DNA from: a virus
Lineage: Duplodnaviria; Caudoviricetes
IMG/VR virus record: IMGVR_UViG_2643221568_000002
Location: 12,333 to 76,332 of that record
Direction: 5' to 3' (one strand)
DNA: 64,000 nucleotides
The notes under the pieces were generated by a model that searched no databases, was not told the DNA's origin, and worked only from the letters and a program-made list of their open reading frames with translations. Shown one piece after another: positions 56,866 to 64,000 of this stretch. A program made the position numbers and the translations under genes. Each line of letters starts with the position of its first letter. Position 1 is the first letter of the stretch.

Positions 56866-57183
56866 ATGATTGTGAACATTGAGCAGATGAAGCAGCAACT
56901 CAACCTTTCCGGCATCCCCGGAACAGACGATGACGCGCTGATCGAGCGCAAGATCAAAGCTGCTCAGGGCCACATCGAACGCCTTCTCGGCTTCAAGATT
57001 GAGGAAACCTATGGCGGCACGGATCAAGGTGAAATTCCGCCAGCACTTGTTGAGGCTGTGTCTCAACTGGCGGCGCACTTCTACGAAAACCGCGAAGCCT
57101 CGCTGATCGGGGTGAACGCTCAGGAACTCCCATTCGGTATCTGGCCGATCATCAACGAATACAGGGAGTATTCCTTTGGCTGA
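56866..57183 (+). CDS. Head-tail connector (HK97 gp6-like)
   Basis: MKQQLN..DDDALIERKIKAA..AVSQLAAHFYENREA; AGGAGG RBS. Confidence 0.88.
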   Translation: MIVNIEQMKQQLNLSGIPGTDDDALIERKIKAAQGHIERLLGFKIEETYGGTDQGEIPPALVEAVSQLAAHFYENREASLIGVNAQELPFGIWPIINEYREYSFG

Positions 57184-57595
57184 CGATGGTGGAATCGGTC
57201 GCATCAAGCAGCGGCTGGCAATGATCCCGAAGGAAGTCCGCACAGCGATGGTGCCGGAGCTGGTGAAGTCGGGCAACGACCTGGCAGTCACGGCACGCAT
57301 CCTTGCGCCACGAGACACAGGGGCTTTGCAGGAGAGCATCACAGTCACGCCGGGTGGATCGAACACCCCGCCATACTCCACGCCCGGTGGCCGCGTCTCG
57401 GTGCCCGAACTGGCCGTCGCTGTGACCGCTGGAAACAAGGATGTCCGCTACGCTCACCTCGTGGAATACGGCACACAGGAGGCCCAGGCGCAGCCGTTTT
57501 TCTGGCCTGCCTTCCGGTTGCTCCGCAAGAAGATCACGGGCCGCATCAAGCGCGCTGCGTCCACTGCCGTGAAAAAGAATTGGGGTGGCCGATGA
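57176..57595 (+). CDS. HK97 gp10-family tail completion protein
   Basis: APRDTGALQESI..YAHLVEYGT..AQPFFWPA. Confidence 0.88.
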   Translation: MADDGGIGRIKQRLAMIPKEVRTAMVPELVKSGNDLAVTARILAPRDTGALQESITVTPGGSNTPPYSTPGGRVSVPELAVAVTAGNKDVRYAHLVEYGTQEAQAQPFFWPAFRLLRKKITGRIKRAASTAVKKNWGGR

Positions 57596-58005
57596 GCGCT
57601 GAACTCGCCCTGCAGAAAGCCATCCGTGCGCGTCTAATATCGGATAATCCGACAATATCGCTCGTCCCGGCGGCGAACATCCTCGATCGCAACGAGCGAC
57701 CCAACCCTCGACCTTTGATCGTCATCGGTGAAGGCCAGAGCGTTGACGAAGGTGACAGCATCGCCCGCACCCTGACACGGGTCTACCTCGACCTGCATGT
57801 GTGGGTCGAGGAGCCATCAACAGAGATCAGCAAGCGCATCGCTGGGGCTATCCGCAAGGCTGTTCAACATGGGAAATTCCCAAGTTCAGACGGCTTCCAC
57901 TTCGCTGACTGCCGTGTGCGCGGCTCCCGCTTCCTCCGCGACCCAGACGGCAAGACCAGCCACGCCATCGTCACCATCGAAGCGCTAGTGCAGGAGGCCG
58001 CATGA
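57592..58005 (+). CDS. Tail terminator (DUF3168)
   Basis: ELALQKAIRARL..LHVW..RDPDGKTSHAIV. Confidence 0.82.
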   Translation: MSAELALQKAIRARLISDNPTISLVPAANILDRNERPNPRPLIVIGEGQSVDEGDSIARTLTRVYLDLHVWVEEPSTEISKRIAGAIRKAVQHGKFPSSDGFHFADCRVRGSRFLRDPDGKTSHAIVTIEALVQEAA

Positions 58006-58319
58006 GATCCGGAAAGCTTGACCGCTCTATCACCGTCCAGAGCTTCACCAGCACCGTGAACGACTACGGCACGCCAATCGAGACGTGGACAGATGTTGCC
58101 ACCGTGCGCGCCCAGATCATCCAGAGCAGCACCGAGGAGTTCCTGACCGGCGGCGCCAACGATGAGACCGTAATCATCTTTCGCACCCATTACTTCGAAG
58201 GCGTCAACACCTCCAGCCAAGTTCTCTACGAGGGACAGACATTCAACGTCCGCGAGGTGAAAGAGATCGGTCGCCGCAAGGGGCTGGACCTGCGCTGTGA
58301 ACGCAAGGTGTCGGCATGA
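58002..58319 (+). CDS. Head closure/head-tail adaptor (SPP1 gp16-like)
   Basis: MRSGKLDRSITVQ..W.DVATVRA..FNVREV. Confidence 0.85.
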   Translation: MRSGKLDRSITVQSFTSTVNDYGTPIETWTDVATVRAQIIQSSTEEFLTGGANDETVIIFRTHYFEGVNTSSQVLYEGQTFNVREVKEIGRRKGLDLRCERKVSA

Positions 58320-58428
58320 AAGAGCTAACCCAGTGCTTCCGCGAGTTTTTTCGGCTTAAGGTAACCTACAGTTACCTTTTAGCTTTTTCGCTTATGGGGG
58401 GATTTTGTCACCTTTTCGGAGGTGCCGC

Positions 58429-58860
58429 ATGAGCAGCAAAGGGACACGCGGGGCAAAGGCCACGCTGAAGGCGATCGACGGCGGTTTGAAGGGTGTGCCG
58501 CACCCCGGTAAAAATTTACCGACCGACATGATCGAGGAGTGGAACACGATTGCCGCCGAAATGGTGCAGCGTGAAATCCTCACGGCATCCATGACTGGCC
58601 TGCTCGAAGCCTACCTGATCGCGATCTGGACAGTGCGTGAATGCCAGAAGGCGATCGAGCAGCATGGCATCCTCACGAAGACAGCCCACGGCAATCTCAA
58701 GCCGAACCCAGCCTCTGGCCTGATGTCGAAGGCGCAGGAAACCGTTGCACGCATGTCGGCAGAGCTTGGACTGACGCCGGCAGCGAGATCGAAGCAGGGT
58801 TTTACTCAGCGTGAGGGAAACTCGAAGGCAGGAGGCGCACCCGATGGCCTCGACGTCTGA
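58429..58860 (+). CDS. terS: Terminase small subunit (P27 family)
   Basis: EEWNTI..LEAY..KPNPA..AELGLTPAARSK; GGAGG RBS. Confidence 0.88.
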   Translation: MSSKGTRGAKATLKAIDGGLKGVPHPGKNLPTDMIEEWNTIAAEMVQREILTASMTGLLEAYLIAIWTVRECQKAIEQHGILTKTAHGNLKPNPASGLMSKAQETVARMSAELGLTPAARSKQGFTQREGNSKAGGAPDGLDV

Positions 58861-60493
58861 CGTGCATGACACACATACCTTCAAGGCCACGCGCCCGGAG
58901 TGGATATTCGACGGAAGCGAGATCGAGGACACGTTCGGCTATGGTGAGCGCGCGGTGGACTTCCTGCGCCGCCTGAAGCATCCGAAGAGCGAGAGCGGTG
59001 ATTTCGAGCTGCCGTTGTTCTGGGAACGTATCGTTCGCCGCATCTACGGCCCGTGCTACCCGAACAAGCGCCGGCAGGTGAAGACGGTTTTCATCCTCCT
59101 GCCGCGTGGCGCCCGCAAGACCACGATGGGCGCAGGCCTCGCATTGCTCCATACGGTGGGCTGGGAGCGCGTTCCGGGTGGTCAGGCCATGGTTGCCGCC
59201 TCTGCCGAAGAAGACGCCCGTATCGCCTACGATGAGGCCGTGGGCATCGTTGCCGAAACCGAGTGGCTACAGTCAGCCATGAAGCCGACCGAAAGCGTGT
59301 TCTATCTGGAGCATCGTAAGAGCAAGGCCACGTTCCGGGCGCTGGCATCCGGCGGCAAGGGCAAACTCGGCAAGACGCCGAACTTCGTTCTGGCCGACGA
59401 GCTGATCAACTGGGAGGGCGAGAACAGCCGGCGTAACTGGCAGGCGATCCGCACAGGCCTGAACAAGGTGCCGAACACGCTCTTGGTCATAATCACCCAG
59501 GCAGGCCGTGGACAGGAGAACCTTGCCTATGAGCTTCTGACCTACGCCCGCAAGGTCCAGTCCGGTGCGATCCACGATCCGAACTTCCTGCCGGTGCTAT
59601 TCGAAAGCCATCCCGACGACGACTGGCAGGATGAAGACCTGTGGCACATGGTCAACCCCGGCCTGGCTGAAGGCTATCCAGATATCGACGGTTTGCGCAC
59701 CATGGCGCGAGAGGCGCAGGAGCGACCATCTGACCGCGACAACTTCCGACAGTTCCATCTGAACTGCTGGCTGGATTACAGCGCGTCCCCGTTCGTCTCC
59801 ATGCCGGTCTATGACGAGGGCAGGGGCATACCGGATATTTCCCGGTTTGAGGCCGACCAGACGCCTTGCTATCTCGGAGTTGACCTTTCCAGCACCAGCG
59901 ACTTGACCGCCGTCGTTGCTGCCTGGGGCGATCGTGAGAGCGGTTATGCTGTCCATCCGTGGTTCTTCCTGCCGAAAGATAACATTCTGCGCAAGGCAGG
60001 GCAGGACGGCGTGAGTTATCCGCTCTGGGAAGAGCAAGGTCTTATCACTCTGACAGATGGCAACGTCGTGGACTTCCATGCCGTGGAAGCAGCGATCGAG
60101 GAGCTATGCGCCCGTTTCAACGTCCGCGAGATCGCCTTCGACCCGCACCTTGCCCGAAATTCGCTGAATAACCTTCAGGACAAAGGCTTTCCCGTGGTGG
60201 AGTTTCGGCAAGGCTGGGTGTCGATGTCGCCAGCCATCAATGAGCTTGAGCGCGCCATTCTCGCCCGACAGTTTCAGCACGGCGGGCACCCGATCCTTCG
60301 CTGGCACTTCGATAACATCGCGATCCGGACCGATACGGCTGGCAACCGTTCTTTCCACAAGGGCAAGAGCAAGGATCGCATTGATGGCGCCGTCGCGACC
60401 GCCATGGCCGTGGCGCGCTGTGCGGCCGGCGAAACGAACATTTCCTCTTACGACACCTTCGACGGTGACATTGACGATTGGAGCCACGCATGA
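58844..60493 (+). CDS. terL: Terminase large subunit (Terminase_1, cos-type)
   Basis: LPRGARKTT, VLADEL, GVDLSSTSDLTA, IAFDP, RIDGAVA. Confidence 0.93.
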   Translation: MASTSDVHDTHTFKATRPEWIFDGSEIEDTFGYGERAVDFLRRLKHPKSESGDFELPLFWERIVRRIYGPCYPNKRRQVKTVFILLPRGARKTTMGAGLALLHTVGWERVPGGQAMVAASAEEDARIAYDEAVGIVAETEWLQSAMKPTESVFYLEHRKSKATFRALASGGKGKLGKTPNFVLADELINWEGENSRRNWQAIRTGLNKVPNTLLVIITQAGRGQENLAYELLTYARKVQSGAIHDPNFLPVLFESHPDDDWQDEDLWHMVNPGLAEGYPDIDGLRTMAREAQERPSDRDNFRQFHLNCWLDYSASPFVSMPVYDEGRGIPDISRFEADQTPCYLGVDLSSTSDLTAVVAAWGDRESGYAVHPWFFLPKDNILRKAGQDGVSYPLWEEQGLITLTDGNVVDFHAVEAAIEELCARFNVREIAFDPHLARNSLNNLQDKGFPVVEFRQGWVSMSPAINELERAILARQFQHGGHPILRWHFDNIAIRTDTAGNRSFHKGKSKDRIDGAVATAMAVARCAAGETNISSYDTFDGDIDDWSHA

Positions 60494-62583
60494 ACGACGA
60501 AGAACGCCTTGTCATCCTGCTCGAAGCCAGGATCAAAGACCTTGAGCGCAACATGGCAAAAGCCAGCGGCACGACCGAACGCGAGTTTCGGAAGATGTCG
60601 ATGTCTTCCAAGCGCGCCACCGACCAGATGGAAAAAGACGCCATCCGCTCAAGCACACGGATCAACCAAGCCATGGCCCAGGTCAGCACGAAGATTGGCT
60701 CGGTCGGCAAAGCATTCGCTGGTGGCCTCGTTGCCGGCGTCGTGGGCGGCGGTATCGCTGGCATCATCACCGAACTGCAGCAGATCGCAAAGGGCGTGGC
60801 CTCGATCGGCGATGAGGCAAAGCGCGCGGGCCTCAGTCTCGAGGCTTTTCAAGAACTCAAATACGTCGCCGAGCAAAACCGGATCGGTGTCGACAGTTTG
60901 GTGGATGGCATCAAGGAACTGAACCTTCGTGCTGACGAATTCATCGCGACTGGTGCAGGCTCTGCTGCTGAATCTTTCGGTCGTCTGGGATACAGCGCCG
61001 AGCAATTGAAGACGAAGCTGAAAGACCCTTCCGCGCTGTTCACCGAGATCATCGGCAAACTGGGGGAACTTGATCGTGCTGCGCAGATCCGCATTGCCGA
61101 CGAACTCTTTGGCGGGACCGGCGGCGAGAAGTTCGTTCAGTTGATCGAGCAAGGCGAAGACGGCATCAAGGCGACGATCCGCGAGGCGCATAGTCTCGGT
61201 GCGGTCATGTCGAAAGAGCTTGTCTCGAAGGCCGATGAACTCGACAGGAAGTTCAACCAGATCACCACGTCTGTCGGTACAGGCCTGAAAACAGCCGTTG
61301 TCGAGGCTGCTGGAGCGCTTCAGGGCTTCCTCAACATTTTCCAGCAGTACGAGCAAGCAAAGCGTGCGTCTGAACTTGGTGCCCAGGTCGGGGCCATGAT
61401 CAACCTACCGCCCGACCCTAACCGCGTGAAGACCGTAGGCAAGACCGGACGCCTGCCAGAAGCCAAAACGCCGCTCCCGTCGCAGGAGGAGCTATCCGCC
61501 AAGTATCTCGCGAACTACCGTGCCGAGCTGGCGCTCACCAATCGCGAACGCTCTATCGCTGCCGAGTCCGAGAAGATCCTGGCCGATGCATCATCAAAGG
61601 GGCTGAAGGTCACCAAAGAGCAGGCCGAGGCGCTTGCGCGTGAAAAGGTTGCCAGAGACGAGAGCGAGGCGTCAGCGAAGAAACTTGGCTCGGAGCGAGA
61701 GCGTGCAGGCAAGCGGGCCGAGGCTGAATCTCAGAAGATCAAAGATCTGATTGCCGAGCTTGAAGAAGAGCTTCGTATCGTCAACCTCTCGGATGAGGCA
61801 AAGCGCGCCTCAGTAGCGTCTCGCGAAGCAGGCGCACACGCCACAGAAGAAGAGCGTCAAAAGATCATCGCTTTGAACGAGGCGATATACCGTGAGCAAG
61901 AGGCTCGCGACGAGGCGGAGAAAAAGCGGGAATACTGGCGCGACATCACCCGGTCAGGCATCGATGATCTGCTCGGTGCGCTGGAGCAGGGAAAGACCTT
62001 CTGGCAGGCCATGGGAGACGTGGCCGTAAACACGCTGAAGCGTATTGCCAGCACCATGCTTGATGAAGGCTTGGACTCCCTCTTTGGCGTCGGCACCGCA
62101 GGATCCGGTGGTCGCGGTGGCATATTCTCCGGACTCTTTTCCAGCATCTTCGGTGGTGGCGGCAAGTTCCCATCCGCTCCTGCTGGTCTGTATGCCAAGG
62201 GCGGCGCCTTCGACAGTGGCGTTCAGATGTTCGCAAATGGCGGTGCCTTCACCAACAAGGTTGTCGACAGCCCCACGTTATTTCCGATGGGGGGCATGGG
62301 CGAAGCCGGTCCAGAAGCGATCATGCCGCTGTCTCGGGATGCATCAGGGCGTCTCGGCGTGAAAGCAGGCGGCAGTGGCGGCGGTGGCGGCGCGCAGCAG
62401 CAGGTTTCAGTGACCAGCGACGTCAAGGTCTCTGTAGACCAGAACGGCAATCTTCAAGCCTATGTTAATCGCACGTCCCAGGAGCAGGCGGCAAAGACGT
62501 TCGGACAAATCGTGAAAAGCAACCAGTGGCCCAATTTGGTCGCCGGCGGCTTTAAAACAGCACGGAGCCATGGAATGCTATGA
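60490..62583 (+). CDS. Short tail tape measure protein
   Basis: Helical, Ala-rich; C-terminal FANGG..MGEAGPEAIMPL..GRLGV lambda-type TMP motif; 697 aa. Confidence 0.85.
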   Translation: MNDEERLVILLEARIKDLERNMAKASGTTEREFRKMSMSSKRATDQMEKDAIRSSTRINQAMAQVSTKIGSVGKAFAGGLVAGVVGGGIAGIITELQQIAKGVASIGDEAKRAGLSLEAFQELKYVAEQNRIGVDSLVDGIKELNLRADEFIATGAGSAAESFGRLGYSAEQLKTKLKDPSALFTEIIGKLGELDRAAQIRIADELFGGTGGEKFVQLIEQGEDGIKATIREAHSLGAVMSKELVSKADELDRKFNQITTSVGTGLKTAVVEAAGALQGFLNIFQQYEQAKRASELGAQVGAMINLPPDPNRVKTVGKTGRLPEAKTPLPSQEELSAKYLANYRAELALTNRERSIAAESEKILADASSKGLKVTKEQAEALAREKVARDESEASAKKLGSERERAGKRAEAESQKIKDLIAELEEELRIVNLSDEAKRASVASREAGAHATEEERQKIIALNEAIYREQEARDEAEKKREYWRDITRSGIDDLLGALEQGKTFWQAMGDVAVNTLKRIASTMLDEGLDSLFGVGTAGSGGRGGIFSGLFSSIFGGGGKFPSAPAGLYAKGGAFDSGVQMFANGGAFTNKVVDSPTLFPMGGMGEAGPEAIMPLSRDASGRLGVKAGGSGGGGGAQQQVSVTSDVKVSVDQNGNLQAYVNRTSQEQAAKTFGQIVKSNQWPNLVAGGFKTARSHGML

Positions 62584-62948
62584 ACGTAGAAAAGCTCCTC
62601 TGCGCCGAGTTGAAGCGCCAGCTCGAAGCCAAAGGTGTGGTCATGACGGCCATACCTTTAGGCGGTGAACTGCTCTGGAAATGGTTCATGGCTCTGCACA
62701 AAACCCGTCAGTCGGGGATGTCTGGACCGCAGCCCATTCAATATCGAGAGATCGAGGCTTACAGCCGTCTCATGGGCGAGGGGATTGAGCCGCGGCACTT
62801 GAAAATCTTGATCGCCATGGATCAGACCTACCTCGATTGCGTGTACAGCCAGCAGGCATCATTGCCCGACGGCGTGAAAGCGTTGCCGCCGGTTTCTGCA
62901 GCGAACATCAACCCCGGCGCTTTCGACGCTATGTTCGGAGGCAGATGA
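62580..62948 (+). CDS. Tail assembly chaperone, T-type part
   Basis: LWKWFMALHKTRQSGMSGPQPIQYREIEAY..ILIAMD..YL resembles the downstream half of G/T chaperones. Confidence 0.65.
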   Translation: MNVEKLLCAELKRQLEAKGVVMTAIPLGGELLWKWFMALHKTRQSGMSGPQPIQYREIEAYSRLMGEGIEPRHLKILIAMDQTYLDCVYSQQASLPDGVKALPPVSAANINPGAFDAMFGGR

Positions 62949-64000
62949 TGGCTTGGAAAGATGGATACTGGAGCGGATGGGAAGAATATCGGAACGGGCC
63001 GAGAAAGAAGGTATCCCTTGCGCCTGTTATGCAGAAGGAGCAACGGAAGCACGTTGTTAGCGAGGTCTTCGATCTCCTCCAAGACTGGCGGAAAACTCCA
63101 TTCGAAAACGAGGGGCCGGTTCGCGCCGGCATTCGATCCGGTTTGTGTCTTAAGGGCGAGGACTGGCACAGAGCGGACCACGAAGTAGAAAGTATTCTGA
63201 CAGCAGCATTTCAGCGCATAGGCGTTCCTCGGCCTTCCTGGGACCAAGGGCAGCGGCAATACACGATCGCAGATGAGGACTGCAATTGGTGCGGTATCGC
63301 CATCTCTGACGAACTACGAGGCGGTGGTCGCGCGTCTCGGTTCTGCTCGACGGTCTGCGCTTCCTCAGCAATCAAGCACAGGGAATGGGAAGGCCACGCC
63401 CATGACAGCAGCGTTTACCGATCGGCTGTGTCGATGGTGAACAGGGGCGGCCGTCCAGATCAGATCTGCGCACACTGTGAGCGGGTCTTCAAGCCGTTCG
63501 GGGAGAACAAAAAGGAACAGAAATACTGCTCGGTGGCGTGCAAGAATCTCGGCATTCGGACGATACCTGAATGCGAATGTCCGACGTGCCACACCACGTT
63601 CAAGCCGCAGGTGGCTGGCAGGAGGTTCTGCTCTCATGAATGCGCTATGGCGCGACCAGTAGAGCCGCGAGAATGTCAGTGCTGCAAAAAGACATTCACG
63701 CCGAAAAACGAGCAAGGTCTAGTTTGCAGCAAATCCTGTCAGATGCGGCTGCACAGGATTCGCAAGGCTGCGAAGCACGGCACGGTCTACAAGCCATTAG
63801 GATCGACGTTTGACGGGAGCTGCCAGCACTGCCGAGAACCGTTCCTTGCGAGGAGCCCAAAGGCAATTTATTGCAGCCCCCGGTGCAATAACCTCGCGGC
63901 GAAGGCAAGGAAGAGACGCAGCGCGAAGGTCATCCCTTTGGTGCCGGTCCACATGCTCACGGCTCAGGTCATCGACGGGTGGTTTGCGAGGGCGGCTTAG
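62945..64000 (+). CDS. Protein with repeated CxxC...(F/Y)CSxxC zinc-ribbon units
   Basis: Five CxxC + CSxxC repeats; stop codon TAG ends exactly at 64000. Confidence 0.7.
   Translation: MMAWKDGYWSGWEEYRNGPRKKVSLAPVMQKEQRKHVVSEVFDLLQDWRKTPFENEGPVRAGIRSGLCLKGEDWHRADHEVESILTAAFQRIGVPRPSWDQGQRQYTIADEDCNWCGIAISDELRGGGRASRFCSTVCASSAIKHREWEGHAHDSSVYRSAVSMVNRGGRPDQICAHCERVFKPFGENKKEQKYCSVACKNLGIRTIPECECPTCHTTFKPQVAGRRFCSHECAMARPVEPRECQCCKKTFTPKNEQGLVCSKSCQMRLHRIRKAAKHGTVYKPLGSTFDGSCQHCREPFLARSPKAIYCSPRCNNLAAKARKRRSAKVIPLVPVHMLTAQVIDGWFARAA

Larger units (their letters stand above)
46928..64000. mobile_element. Compact PICI/satellite-like element or small prophage with HK97-type head and partial siphovirus tail genes; right end not seen
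   Basis: int-regulator-xis-primpol-portal-protease-capsid-HNH-tail tube-connectors-terS-terL-tape measure within about 17 kb, abutting the tRNA 5' end. Confidence 0.85.

Overview
The window is entirely mobile DNA from an alphaproteobacterium, most likely Rhizobiaceae (GcrA and GapR homologues, a GTTC-N7-GTTC LexA box, about 60% GC by eye). Two integrated elements flank one intact tRNA-Ser(UGA) at 46838-46927. Left (1-46837, left end outside the window) is a temperate podovirus-type prophage with Bcep22-like gene content: immunity region, GapR/GcrA/Dam/PAPS-reductase genes, terminase, P22-like portal, scaffold, a CsrA-like protein, an oxidoreductase-like spike, an acyltransferase moron, a ~5090-aa polyvalent DarB-like protein, an inverted capsid/tail block with an N4-gp56-type capsid, a lysis cassette and a P4-like integrase. 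Right (46928-64000, right end not seen) is a compact PICI/satellite-like element with integrase, prim-pol, HK97-type head genes, tail tube and a short tape measure in scrambled order; no tail-tip or lysis genes are visible. Best candidate for a new system: a 12-nt element GCGCATGAGYGC lies 30-41 nt upstream of five late genes of the left prophage. Each leader can fold back to bury that gene's RBS and start codon, or the element can form a small CsrA-type hairpin. The same phage encodes a divergent CsrA-like protein whose gene ends in a hairpin complementary to the element. This suggests a phage-private translational switch for late genes (inference). Two plausible genes are also nested in the +1 frame of the giant DarB-like ORF. 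All protein calls come from motif recognition by eye, not database searches.
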